A stretch of DNA of 63,591 nucleotides, counting the filler, from Malassezia furfur (lineage: Eukaryota), in assembly GCA_052055015.1 (NCBI GenBank). It is 20 parts of 20 records of this genome, joined end to end, with 100 filler letters (N's around TTAATTAATTAA, not from the genome) between each part and the next. Parts side by side here need not be neighbours in the genome. Positions count along the whole stretch, not along the records: positions 19,462 to 22,566 come from JBQJIT010000807.1; positions 22,667 to 25,759 come from JBQJIT010000808.1; positions 25,860 to 28,939 come from JBQJIT010000809.1; positions 29,040 to 32,109 come from JBQJIT010000810.1; positions 32,210 to 35,277 come from JBQJIT010000811.1; 15 more parts are not named here. One strand, 5' to 3'. Positions 21,229-32,621 of the stretch are shown here, piece after piece (positions within the stretch are counted from its first letter, which is position 1; each line of letters starts with the position of its first letter). Position numbers and translations under genes: made by a program. Below the pieces are notes generated by a model. That model did no database searches and had not been told where the DNA came from. It was given only the letters and a program-made list of their open reading frames with translations.

Positions 21229-22566
21229 TCACGTGCTATGTACGGCGTGCCAGCGCGTGGCCCTGGTCGTCGCCAAGAAGACGTCGGCCTCCACCTCGCG
21301 CGCGCGCCAAGACGCGCGCTGCGTGGGGACGAGCCGCGTGACGAGGTAGCGCGCGCCGACCGCCAGCGCCGGCGGGTCCCACACGGTGAGCTGCACAGTG
21401 CGGGGCGACACACGGCGCGTCGGCCGCGCGTCGTGGAAGCGCACAATGCACAGCGACCGCACGACCCGCGCGGGGCACAGCGCATCGAGCGCCGCCGCAT
21501 ACGCCTCGCTCTCGGGCGCGGACAGCACGGCGTCGCGCAGGCGCGCACACCACAGCAGCTGCCGCTGCCGCTGCGGCGCGTCGGGCGCCCCGGCATCCGC
21601 GGCGAGGCGCGCAGCGGGGTCTTCACACTGCTCGAGCTCGGCGAGGTAGGCTTGCGTCGCTGGGTAAGGCGCGGCATACGTACCTTGGGCGTGGCTCGGC
21701 TCGAGCGCCTCGCACGCGAGCACACGCGCCTCGAGCCATGCCAGCACCGCCTGCACGCGCCGCGCGGCGGTGCGGAGCTGCGCCTCGGCGTCGTGCCGCG
21801 CAGTCTGCCACCGAGCGGCGCGCTCCGCCTCTTCCTCGGCGCTGTGCTCGGCGTGGGGGAAGACGGGCAGGCCGCGCACGTCGCGGTGGCCCTCTTGGTA
21901 GCCGGTCGGGTAGATGCGATGTAGCACCACGTCCATGGCGCCGACGATGCCGCCGTCGCTCGTGAGCCGCGACAAGCTCGACACGAACGGCGCGCGCTGG
22001 AAGCCGAGGCGCGCATCCCACGGCACCAGCGCCGTCGAGTTGGCCGCAAGCACGAGGTCGGACGTCGGCAGCGCATCGAGCGCCGGTGTGCCGTCGCCAA
22101 ACGCGTGCAGCTGTGCGGCACAGATGCCGAGCTTGTGGCCGCGCCGGATCTTGCCGGCGTCGACGGCGCGCTGCAGCGGCGCATCGAGCTCGGCACGGAT
22201 CAAATACCACCCGTCGGTGAGGTGCAGCACCGTCGACGGCCCCTCGTCGGGGTCGGTGTGGGCCAAGCGCTGCACCGCGTATACACACAACACCATGGCG
22301 CGGTCCGCGGGCGCGGTACGCTCCTGGATACGCTTGACGCAGCTGTGCGCACCGCGGTGCACCTCGCGCTCGTAGCGGTACCGCAGCGCGTTCAGCACGT
22401 GCTCCCAGCGCCACCACGACACGGGATCCGACGAGCTCGACACCGCATAGCCCGCGAGCTTCCACAGGATGAGCGCATAGTGGTGCTGCACCCATTTGCG
22501 CGTCGCGCGCCGCGCGCCGAGCGCGTGCAGCGCCGCGAGCGCCTCGTCGACGCCGTGCGTGCCAGA
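21229..22566 (-). CDS. BRH2: BRCA2 homologue Brh2, DNA-binding domain (helical + OB folds), 5' truncated
   Basis: 'WVQHHYALILWKLA', 'LRYRYEREV', 'MVLCV', 'LTDGWY', 'LAANST...WDARLGF', 'DGGIVGAMDVVLHRIYP'. Confidence 0.9.
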   Translation of the reverse strand, partial: SGTHGVDEALAALHALGARRATRKWVQHHYALILWKLAGYAVSSSSDPVSWWRWEHVLNALRYRYEREVHRGAHSCVKRIQERTAPADRAMVLCVYAVQRLAHTDPDEGPSTVLHLTDGWYLIRAELDAPLQRAVDAGKIRRGHKLGICAAQLHAFGDGTPALDALPTSDLVLAANSTALVPWDARLGFQRAPFVSSLSRLTSDGGIVGAMDVVLHRIYPTGYQEGHRDVRGLPVFPHAEHSAEEEAERAARWQTARHDAEAQLRTAARRVQAVLAWLEARVLACEALEPSHAQGTYAAPYPATQAYLAELEQCEDPAARLAADAGAPDAPQRQRQLLWCARLRDAVLSAPESEAYAAALDALCPARVVRSLCIVRFHDARPTRRVSPRTVQLTVWDPPALAVGARYLVTRLVPTQRASWRAREVEADVFLATTRATRWHAVHST

Positions 22567-22666
22567 NNNNNNNNNNNNNNNNNNNNNNNNNNNNNNNNNN
22601 NNNNNNNNNNTTAATTAATTAANNNNNNNNNNNNNNNNNNNNNNNNNNNNNNNNNNNNNNNNNNNN

Positions 22667-23638
22667 TGGCGAGTGGACGGGCCGCGCTGGACTCGAACCC
22701 GTTTGACGACCCGAGCGTGCAAAGCGCCGTGCACGGCTCGCTCGATGATGACCTAGAGGCTTCTCCGTTTGACACGGACTCGCTGAACGCCAAGGGTGGC
22801 CTTGGCTACGCCGAAACGCTCGACGAGGACGAGGAGGAACTCTACCCCACGAGCACACACGGCACGGCGCCCGCACACGCCATGCGCGAAGACGATATTG
22901 CACGCCGCGAACGCGAGTTGGCGGAGCGCGAGCGCGAGCTTGACGCGCGGACCGAGCACATGCGCAAGTTTGGGCGCAACAATTGGCCGCCGTTCTATCC
23001 CCTCGTGTACCACGACATTGACGCCGAGATTCCGCCCGATGCACAGGAGACGATGCGGCACATTTACTATCTGTGGCTGCTGCTTACCGCCACATTAATA
23101 TGGAACGTGCCCACGATGATAGTGATGGCGCTTTTCAATGTGCCCAACGCGAACTTCATCGGCGCCATCATCTATCTCGTCTTCATCCCCCCCCTCAGTT
23201 TCACGCTGTGGTACCGCCCGGTGTACAACGGTTTGATGAAGGAGCACTCGCTGTTTTACTATGTGTATTTCTTGTTTGGCGGCTTCCACCTGCTCTTCTC
23301 CCTGTACGCTGTCGTTGGCTATGCGTCCACGGGCTGCGCCGGCCTGCTGAGCGTGATTTCCGCGTTCTACAACGGGAAGTGGGTCAGCGGAGCACTGGCC
23401 ATTGTATCAAGCCTCGGGTTCGTGGTGCAAGGCGCCGGCAACCTGTGGTACTACCGAATCGTACGTCGCTACCGCAACTCACCCAGATCTACCAGCACAA
23501 CCAAGAGAGTAGGTCGCAACACTTACCCCAGAGGGACACACCTTTGCGCAGGCCAAGGCCGAGCTTGCCTCGCACGGCGCACGCGCCTATTTGTACGTGT
23601 CATCGCTCACCGGTAGCTTGCGCGGCTCGCGGGTTTGA
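22667..23638 (+). CDS. Secretory carrier membrane protein (SCAMP); introns at 23461-23486 (26 nt), 23509-23531 (23) and 23593-23616 (24); A of the ATG clipped
   Basis: NPF motif, 'RERELAERERE', 'NNWPPFYPLVYHDIDAEIP', four TM segments, 'WYRPVYN'. Spliced C-terminus 'YYRI|IYQHNQEK|GHTFAQAKAELASHGARAYF|LRGSRV*'. Confidence 0.9.
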
Positions 23639-23720
23639 TAGTTCTCTGTACGTCGGTGCGTGTACGTCGAAAGCCAGAAGTACGTTGCACACTATGGAAT
23701 CGCTAGGGGGAAGGGGGCAC

Positions 23721-24750
23721 CTATGCGGCCTGCGCCGAGGGCGCCGCAGTGCTCGCGTACTGCGCCTGCTGATGGTGCGCCTGCTGCTGCGCCTGCTGCT
23801 TCGCACTGCTCTCCTTGAGCGCGAGGAGCTGCTTGGAGCGGAACGACTCGTAGAACGTGCTGCCCGTTGTTTCGATCAGGTCGTGCAGGTTGGTGCGCAG
23901 CATAAAGTCGCGCAGCTGCAAAAACTCGCAGTGCGACTTGTTTTCCACGTTGATCAGACCACTGCCGACCTGGCGCACACGCACCGGCCTGCCGTCCACC
24001 TCGACCGTCTTCTCTGCAGTGACCACCGCGAAAGGCAGAAGCGACTGCACCAGCGAGTTCAGCTCGCGGTCCTCCTCGTCGTGGTCTTCGTGGTCAAAGG
24101 GGTAGACGCGGATGCCGTTGGACTGCAGCGAGGCACGAATCCGCTTTTTGAACAGCTCGCGCTCGCCGAGCGTCAGCGCATCTGCCTTGGCGATGACAGG
24201 GATGACGTTGGCAATGTCGCCAAGCTTCTTGAGCACCTGAATGTCGATCGAGCGCAGCGAGTGACCGGACGGGTCGATGAAGAAGAGCACGGCGTGCACG
24301 CGCGTGTCGGGGATATTACGCTCACGCACCGCAGTCAGCTCCTTGCGCAAGTAGATGCTGTACTGGTCTTTGATGTATTTCACAATCGGCTCCCAGCAGT
24401 GCTCGTTGTTGATCAGGTCGCCGTAGCCGGGGGTGTCGATGAGGTTCAGCTTGAGCTTGACGCCATTCTCGACAATGGCTGCGTCAGCAAAAATACGTAC
24501 TGTGCGAAGAGGTCGTGATGCTCGTCGTCTGGCGCACCTCGTCCGACGGCTCCATACGGCCCTTGGACGAGAGCAGGTTCGACGAAAAGAGCGTGTTGAT
24601 GAGCGAGCTCTTGCCGAGACCCGACTGGCCCACGACCATCACATTGAACTGGAACCCGCGCCGGAGCAGCTTCGACTCGATTTGCTTCGTGAGCGTGTCG
24701 AAGCCGACATAGCCATGCAGGGGCGTAGGCACTGGCTCATTCACAGACAT
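23721..24750 (-). CDS. CDC10: Septin, Cdc10 group; 22-nt intron at 24479-24500
   Basis: 'YVGFDTL', P-loop 'GQSGLGKS', spliced 'SSHT|IVENGVKLKLNLIDTPGYGD', 'AKAD', 'YESFRSKQLLALKE'. No C-terminal coiled coil. Confidence 0.92.
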
Positions 24751-24879
24751 CCTGGCAAACGGTGGCAGGTCTCGCTGCGCGGCACCGCTCCCTCCCCCCG
24801 ACGCGTAATCACGTGACACCCCCTCGCGCGCACGGCCGGCGCGTGCGCACGGCTTGGCCCCCGCACTGATCGTTTCGAT

Positions 24880-25545
24880 ATGTCAATGCTGCGACAACTC
24901 CCCCGTGCTCTGCGTCCAGCGCTGCGCGCGCGTGCAGGAATGAACAGTGAGCGTACGATGCTCAGCGGTGTGCGCGCCACGCGCGCATACTCCAGCAAGG
25001 CGGGGCACGGTCCGAAGGCGCAGAACGACGCGCCCTGGGTGATTTCGTCGATCGCCGTGTTCGGTCCGCTGTTTGCGTACGTGACAAGCCTGGATATGGG
25101 TGGCGATCACCACGACGCGCATGGCAGCAAGGGTCATGTAAAGAGCGGCGATGACGATGCCGCCGACGAGGGCGAGCAAGAAGAGCCGAAGGCTTCGGAC
25201 GCGGGTGACGACGCGAAGGAGGATGGTGACGACGAGAAGGGGGCTCCGAAGGATGAGAAGGAAGAGGAGTCGAAGGAGGAGTCGAAGGAGGAGGAGCCGA
25301 AGGAGGAGGAGCCGAAGGAGGAGGAATCCGACAAGGAGGAGTCGAAGGACGAGAAGCCGAAGGACGATAAGCCCAAGGAGGCTTCCCAAGAGGACGACTC
25401 GTCGAAGGACAGCTCATCGGATGCCAAGGGCGCGAGCGAGGCCAAGTCGGACCAGTCGCAACAATCTGGGGAAGATGCTAAGGAGTCGTCTACGGATGCA
25501 TCGGACGACGCCTCGAAGGATTCGTCGGACGACGACGCCAAGTGA
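24880..25545 (+). CDS. Hypothetical mitochondrially targeted single-TM protein with a long acidic tail
   Basis: Arg-rich presequence ending 'TRAYS', hydrophobic 'PWVISSIAVFGPLFAYVTS', then an E/D/K/S-rich region with (KEEE[S/P]) repeats. Confidence 0.75.
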   Translation: MSMLRQLPRALRPALRARAGMNSERTMLSGVRATRAYSSKAGHGPKAQNDAPWVISSIAVFGPLFAYVTSLDMGGDHHDAHGSKGHVKSGDDDAADEGEQEEPKASDAGDDAKEDGDDEKGAPKDEKEEESKEESKEEEPKEEEPKEEESDKEESKDEKPKDDKPKEASQEDDSSKDSSSDAKGASEAKSDQSQQSGEDAKESSTDASDDASKDSSDDDAK

Positions 25546-25859
25546 TTTCGGGTTAGCCGAATATCTCTTTGCAACGGGTGAGCCACAGAGCCATGGCCGT
25601 CTTCTTGGTGCGCACCCTGGACGCGCAGCCGTAGCGTGTAGATCTTGGACGATGCTGCGCGCACGGCGCACTTCCATTCGGCCGAGTGATGGCATCGATC
25701 GGCAGGCGGGGCGATTCGGGAAATATGATGTGCGTGCGGCGGCCGCGCGCGGCAGGCCCNNNNNNNNNNNNNNNNNNNNNNNNNNNNNNNNNNNNNNNNN
25801 NNNTTAATTAATTAANNNNNNNNNNNNNNNNNNNNNNNNNNNNNNNNNNNNNNNNNNNN

Positions 25860-27471
25860 CGGGTGCGCCGCTGTGCCCCTGCGCCCACTGCACGCGCGCG
25901 TCGTCGGCGCCCCCGAGCCAGTACGGCCGCAGCGCCGCAGGGAGCACCAGCCGCCCTTCTACATGCCCATAGGTCTCGAGGAGCGCGACAATCAGGCGCG
26001 GGATGGCCGCGGCCGTCGCGTTCAGCGTGTGTGCGTACGCGAGCTTCGCGCGCTCGCCGTCGCGCGCCGCAGGGCGGTACTTGATCGCGAGGCGGTGCGC
26101 CTGGTAGTCGGTGCAGTTCGACGCAGAGCAAATCTCGCCCCACCCCCCGCGCCCGGGCATCCACGCCTCGACGTCGTACTTGCGGTAGGCACTCGCGCCC
26201 AGCTCCTCGGTCGGCATATCGAGCACGCGGTACAGCAGGCCAAGCCCCTGCGCCATCTCCTCCTGGATCGCACGCAGCTCCTCGAGCATGGCATCGCTCG
26301 CGTCCGACGCCGTCACGGCAAACATCTCGACCTTGGAGAACTGGTGGATGCGGTACAGCCCGCGCGTGTCGGTGCCGCGCGCGCCCGCCTCGGCACGGAA
26401 CGCGTGCCCGAGGGCAACGAGCTTGACGGGCAGCGGCAGCGCACCCACCGATCCCCCGGCGGCGCCGCCGGCCGCCTCGCTCGCAAACGTGCGGTTCGCA
26501 ACGAACGCCGCGAGCGGGATCTCGGCGGTGCCCGCGAGGCACAGCGCCGCATCGGACGCATCGCGCTGCGTGTCCACAAAGTACGTCTGCGCCGACGCCT
26601 CGTCGCGCGGCCGGAATCCACACCGTTCGGCCACGTCCGTCTTGACGACATCGGGCACGCTCGCCAGCACAAACCCGTGCCGCAGCGCGGTCGCGAGCGC
26701 GTACTGCGTCAGCGCATGCTCCAGCATCGACAGCGTCCCGAGCAGGTACGGCCACGAGGGGCCCGTCGTCACGATGCCGGCCGACATGTCGACGCCGCCG
26801 GACGGCAGCGTCTCGGCGATGTGCAGGTGGTCGTGTGCGGACGACGTCGGGAGCGCCGCACGCAGGTCATCAGGCAGCTCGGCCGCCGCGCACGGCAGCG
26901 CGACGTCGGGCAGCGGCGCGGCGCCGATGCGCGCGTCGTGCAGCGCAACTACCCGCGCTTCGCTCTCGGGGCCATACGGCACGGCCGCATGCATCCGGTT
27001 CGGCCACGCGTCGCGGATCGCCGTCGAGCGCGTGTTGGCCTCGTCGATGCTCTGCTGCAGCGTGCGCAGCTCGGTGCGCAGCGCGCGCGCGCGCGTGCGG
27101 GCGGCCTCGAGCGCGTCGTGCGCCGACGCATCGGCCTTGGCGGTCTTGGCGAGCGCGGGGATCTGTGCGCCGACCTCGCGCTGCTCGCGCTCGAGTGTGC
27201 GCGTCGTGCGGTGCAGCTCGGCGAGGCGCGCATGCAGCGTGCGCAGCTCGTCGGCGGCCGCGTCGTCAAACGGCATGTGCCGTGCGTGCGCACTGTGCTT
27301 GGCGGCCTGCAGATCGTCGTCGCTCGCGCCCCACGACACGGAAATGTCGGGCAGCGGGCGGTAGAATGCAGTGGACGACGCTTTGTGTGCCCACCGTACG
27401 CCGCGCGCATGCGCTGCCGCGCCGCGCGCCACGCCCGGCACGAGCGCCCACGATCTTCGCAGCATGGTCAT
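25860..27471 (-). CDS. DIA4: Mitochondrial seryl-tRNA synthetase (Dia4-like), extreme 3' end truncated
   Basis: Presequence, coiled-coil arm, 'LAGTAEIPL', motif 2 'FRAEAGARGTDTRGLYRIHQFSKVE', 'KYDVEAWMPG', 'EICSASNCTDYQ', motif 3 'HTLNATAAAIPRLIVALLE'. Confidence 0.93.
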
Positions 27472-27623
27472 CAGGTGGAGGCACGTGAGAAGGAGCCGCG
27501 GCGGAGCGGCGGTCCAGCGGTAGCGCCTGCGGCCGCCGCGCCTCGGCGCGTGCGCGCACGCACCTGCGCATGTCTGCCGTGCACACACAACCCTCACGGC
27601 ACCACGCATCTCCCTACTATACA

Positions 27624-28153
27624 CTACGCAAGTCGTGCGCGTTTGGGCGACGACGCATCGTCGTCGCCGAGCGACGCGAGCACGTCGTCATCGACCTCGC
27701 TCGTGCCCGGCGTGCTGCGTACGCGCTTGGCGTGCCCGGCCGCCTCGTCGGACGCGTCGGTCTGCGCGGCCAGCGGCGCCGAAGCCGCCGGCGGCTCGTC
27801 GTCCTCGTCGTCCGAGTACGCGACGGCGCGGCGCGGCGCGCGTCCCTTGGGCGTGCGTACCTCGGCAGGCGCCGCCGCCGCGCGCTCGGTATGTATCTCC
27901 GACGCGGCGCGCGCGTGGATCTCGGCGATGGCGTCGAGCAGGAAACTGCGTGAGCGGTCCGCGACGTACTCCACTTCTTCCTGCAGCGCCTGCTGCATCT
28001 GCATCGCCTTGGTGGCGGCCGCCTCCATCTCGGTTTGGCGCTGCATCGTCAGTAGCACACACGTACCGCCGTCACCTTGTCGTACGCGAGGCGCGTCCGC
28101 GTAAAGTGCGCCTTGTAGTCGTGCGGACGCCCGGCGCTCGCACTCCTCGGCAT
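27624..28153 (-). CDS. Small coiled-coil protein, possibly INO80E/Iec3-like; introns at 28041-28066 (26 nt) and 27946-27969 (24)
   Basis: Spliced 'DYKAHFTRTRLAYDKVTA|RQTEMEAAATKAMQMQQALQEEVD|FLLDAIAE'. Basic NLS-like C-terminus 'PKRARLA'. Family call is tentative. Confidence 0.6.
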
Positions 28154-28207
28154 GGCGGAGGGAGGGTGCTGACTAAATGTACGCGCGGCGTCGTCTTCCC
28201 CCGCGCC

Positions 28208-28939
28208 ATGACCGACGCTCGGACGGCGCCGCACGCGGAGCCGCAGGCCGTGCCGCCGCTCAAGGACGAGGCGCCGGACGTGTCGGGGTCCAAATCCACC
28301 CCGGATGCTGGGCCCCGCCCGAAGCGCAGCGCCCTGGACGGGATCCAGCCAGCCTACTTCTACCCCGTCGACGCGTACGCCGCCGACGAGCGCGCGGGTG
28401 GCGCAGCGGCGCACGCAAGCGACAGCGAAAGCGACGAGGGCGCCGACGCCATCCAGGGCGTGCCCGTGTTCACGCCGACGATGGAGCAGTTTGCCGACTT
28501 TTACGCGTTCTGCCAGGCGATCGATGCGTGGGGCATGCAGAGCGGCATCGTCAAAGTCGTCCCCCCGCGCGAGTGGGTCGATGCGCTGCCCGACCTCGGT
28601 ACGCACGCGTCGACCGCCGCGCCGGACGCCGCGCGTATCGACCGCGTGCGCATCAAGAACGCCATCACGCAGCACTTTCTCTCGGCGGGCCCCGGGCGCT
28701 GGAAGCAGACCAACGTGACGCGCGCCAAGCAGTGGGACGCGAAGCAGTGGGCGGACATGTGTGCAGACGCGAAGCAGCGCGGCCCGCCGATGCGCCGCGT
28801 GCGCGCCAAGGCCGAAGCGGCGATCGCCGCCGAGCAGGCCACGGCACAGAGCCGGCGGTATACCCCCTCTACGGAGCCCGTAGTGAGCGTCGCGCCGCGG
28901 CCGCCACCCGCGTCGGCGGTCGCGCGGCGTGCGCCCGCG
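28208..28939 (+). CDS. JmjN/JmjC histone demethylase (Rph1/KDM4-like), N-terminal part, 3' truncated
   Basis: JmjN 'GVPVFTPTMEQFADFYAFCQAIDAWGMQSGIVKVVPPREW' followed by 'VRIKNAITQH'. Confidence 0.85.
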
Positions 28940-29094
28940 NNNNNNNNNNNNNNNNNNNNNNNNNNNNNNNNNNNNNNNNNNNNTTAATTAATTAANNNNN
29001 NNNNNNNNNNNNNNNNNNNNNNNNNNNNNNNNNNNNNNNGGCCGCAAAAAGGCTCACATCTCCTTCAAGAAGGACGAGTCGGTGGTGCGCGGCG

Positions 29095-32000
29095 CCGGGG
29101 CGCTGCTTGGCCCGCCGGGGCGCAGCAGCTTGCCCGTGGTCACGGGCCGCACGACGCCCGGCTTCTTCCGGGCGGGCGGGCGCGAGACGCTGTTGGACGG
29201 CTCGCCCGAGGCGACCGACACGGTGGAGCTCTTGTACACGTCGCCGCGCACCACCGACTCGTCCTTCTTGAACGTGACGTGGGCCTTTTTGCGGCCCTTG
29301 CGCTGGTACTCGAGCTGGTTGGCAATGTTGACGTGCGTGTTGCCGCGCGTCAGCTGCAGGATACGCGCGACGAACTCCGTCTTGAAGTCGAGGTGGAGGA
29401 GGGGGTCCCCCTCGTCGTCGCCCGTGTTGAGGATGACCCAGTCGTCGCGCAAGCCGGAGAGACCGACGGTGCGGATGGACGAGAGTGCGATGCGCCGCTC
29501 GAGCAAGGTCTGTGGCACCTTGTTCACCAGCTGCGTCACCAGAATGTACACGCTGCGCTCGGTCATCAGCAAGAAGCGCGGGCTCGGCCGGCTCGAGCGG
29601 CCCAGGCGCGAGACGAGCAGCTGGGCCCGCGAGCTGAACGCCACCGGCTCGTTCCCCGCGAGGCCCGCGGCGGCGCGCAGCATGCGCCCCTCGGGCGCCG
29701 AGCCGTTCACGTCGAGGTAGTCGCCCATAAAGCGGCGCATGCTCACCAGACTGAAGCGGCGGCGCTCCTTGCGCCCCGCGAGCACCTGGTGGCCGTAGTC
29801 GCGCATCACGAGGAAGTCGTGGCCCTCGCGACTGCGGCGCCACGCGCGCTGGATGCGCCGCGCACACTCGTGCTTGTAGCGCATGTACGCACGGAAGGCG
29901 CGCTGGATGCGCATCGCCATATTGTGCCAGTAGCGGTCGCGCATCGTTTCGAGGGCAAAGAGCGTCTCGGGGTTTTTGATGAAGCCCTTGGTGGCGCCCA
30001 GCTGCCACTCGTCGCGGGCGATGCCCGTGTCGAGGAAGATCCGTTCGCACCCGCTGCGCGCGTCGCCCTGCCAGGTGTACTCACCCGCGTACGACGTCGC
30101 GGGCGACAGCAGGTAGAAGCGCTGCACAATCTTTTCAAACGTGTTGCGGTACGCAAAGCCCGCGCGGCGCACGCGGATGTTTTCCTTCAGGCCAAGGTAC
30201 TTGATCTGGTGCAGGATCGCCTGCGCGTCGTACTCGCTCGGGCTCTTGTTCTGGTTGGGCTTGATGGTGCGGATGTACGACGGCTGCGCGCGCATCAAGT
30301 TCTGCACGAGCAGGTTGGCGCTCGCCTTGATGCGGTCGCCCGCGCTCGGCGGGCGCTTCTTGCTGTCCGGATCGGGGCGATCGGGGAAGAGCGCGACGAG
30401 GAAGCCGTTCGCGGAGGAGTCGACGAGGTTCAGGATGTCCTTCTGCAGCGCATCCTTGTTTTTGTCAGTCATGCCCTGCACGTTGTACATCACGTCTCCG
30501 GCGTAGTGGCGCACGAGGAACTTGTTGCCACGTGCCTCAAAGTGCGGGTTGCTCGCGAGCATCGACGTGCGCTGCACAAACGAGTTGTCCGCCGCCGCAG
30601 GGTCGGCGTGCGCGGTGGCCATCGCGTCGTTCAGCGCGCTGAAGATGCCCGGCGGCCGGCGCTCCTCGATCAGGTCACACACAATCTTGTTGTTGAAGTA
30701 CTTGATCGGCGTCCACTGGATCTGCTCCTGCGCATACTCCTCCTGCTCCTTCTTCAGCGTGAGCTCGATAAAGATTTGCTGCAGCTTTTCGTTGACGTAG
30801 TTGATGCACAGCTGCTCGAACGAGTTGTTCTCAAAGATCTCGAACCCGTAAATGTCCAGCACACCGATCACGTTCGCCGCCGTACTGCGGAGGTTCAGCG
30901 AGGTGTTGAGGCGCTGCACAATCCACTCAAACAGATTGTTGTAGATCGCCTTGGCGAGCGCATCGCGCACCGCCGCCGCCTGCGTGCAGTTCAGCGGCAC
31001 CTCGTACACCGACCCGCGCCGCCCGCCGCGCTGCGTCTCCATGATGCGCTGCGTCAGCGCACGCACCACCGCGCCGCTGTCGACCTCGAGCAGGTACGCC
31101 ACAAACGCGGGGGTGTCGGCGTTGGCAATCTCGGCATCGCCCTGCGCGTTCTCAACAAACTGCACGTTGCCGAGCCACAGGATCGCAGCGAGCATGCGGA
31201 AGATGCTCGTCTGCTCCGCGTCGCTCAGCCCAATGATGCGCATCGCCTCGACCGCCCCAGCGTAGTCGGCGTGGTCATCGATGCCAGGCACATCCAGGCA
31301 CCCGCTGTTGGCCGTGTACGCATAGGCCTCGGGGCCCTGCAGGCCAAACATCTCGCGCTGCTGCGGCGTGGCAGCCTTGGTGAGCTGGTAAAAGATGTGG
31401 AAGTTGCGCTCGTTGCGGATCTGCCCCACGACACGCCCCTTTTCGAGGAGGTAGTTGGTGATGTTGGCGCCGATCGGCGTGCCGTTCGCGTCAAACATGA
31501 TCTCGAGGTACTTTCCGTGGCGCGACGAGTTGTTGTTGCGCAGCGTCTTGGCGCACCCGAAGCTCTCGAGCAGCGGGTTGGTCGCCAGCACCATGTCCTT
31601 GATGTCATGGATTCCGCCCGATCCGCCGCCATCGCCGCTGACCGCCGCGATGTACTGCATGATCCGCTTCGCGGCCTCCGTCTTGCCCGCGCCCGACTCG
31701 CCCGAGATGATCACGCACTGGTTCTCCTTGTACGCAAGCATGTTGTAGTACGCGCCCTCCGCGATCGCGTACACGTGCGGCGGCATCTCGAGGCGGTTCT
31801 TGCCGCGGTACGACGCGAGCACCTCGTCCGTGTAGATGCCCAAATCGCGGAACGGATTCACCGAGATAAGCACATTGCCGATATATGTCTGGCGTCAGCA
31901 TGGGCCACACGTACATAAATCTCGCCGTTCGCGAAGCGCTTCTGCAGGTTGCTGTTGATCGCCTCGTCGGTGATCTGTGTAAGAAGCGTCATATCGGACA

Positions 32001-32109
32001 CGCCGGCCTGCGGCTTCTTGAAGCCCTCGCGCCAGTCGGCCTTGACGATGCCGCGGCTCGACGGCGCCGCGGCGGGCGCGCCCGCCGCGCGCCCGGCCTT
32101 CTTCGCACC
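29095..32109 (-). CDS. MYO1: Class I myosin (motor, IQ, TH1), both ends truncated; 26-nt intron at 31889-31914
   Basis: '[21 protein letters not shown]', spliced '[17 protein letters not shown]', 'GESGAGKT', '[10 protein letters not shown]', 'LDIYGFE', 'ERRRFSL', TH1 domain. SH3 and acidic tail are absent because of the chimeric end. Confidence 0.96.
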
Positions 32110-32526
32110 NNNNNNNNNNNNNNNNNNNNNNNNNNNNNNNNNNNNNNNNNNNNTTAATTAATTAANNNNNNNNNNNNNNNNNNNNNNNNNNNNNNNNNNN
32201 NNNNNNNNNAGGGGGCCGGTGGGTATCCGCGATCGGCGGGGTATCCCCGATTTCATGACGTGCTGCGGAATCGGCTGCAACGTGCTCAGTTGAGGCAAGA
32301 TGGTGTCATCCGGTCGCAAGGTCCGGACCGGTGTGGTGGACCCGAGGTGGTGCATGGGCCAGCAGCTGTGATGTGTGCTTGGGTGAGGCCATGCTTGCCT
32401 ATGTGAGGTAGGGCATGGGAGCCACTGGGCCGATGGGGCCAAGTGGGGAGGGAGCTCGGTGCCGCAGACGATGGAGCAGAGGCCACGGTGTGAGGACGGG
32501 GTCTGTTGCGGTCTATCTTGTCAGGT

Positions 32527-32621
32527 GTATGGCTGGGGACGACTCTTTGGTGGGTTGCAAATGACGGGTATGGCAGGAGACAACTCCTTGGTGGGTTGCG
32601 TATGACGGGTATGGTATGGGA
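32527..32621. repeat. Imperfect tandem duplication, about 41-bp unit, about 2.3 copies
   Basis: gacgactctttggtgggttgcaaatgacgggtatggcagga followed by gacaactccttggtgggttgcgtatgacgggtatggtatgg. Confidence 0.8.

Noticed and set aside
21229..21700. BRCA2 homologue ending without a third OB fold
   Set aside because: Ustilago Brh2 is already known to lack OB3, so this is expected for the lineage.
25873..28104. Very long antisense or alternative-frame ORFs (also 7830-9638, 29279-31918, 38639-41374, 41651-44434, 51511-54165)
   Set aside because: Shadow ORFs expected from high GC3 codon usage. They are R/A/V/H-rich, have no motifs, and overlap well-identified genes.
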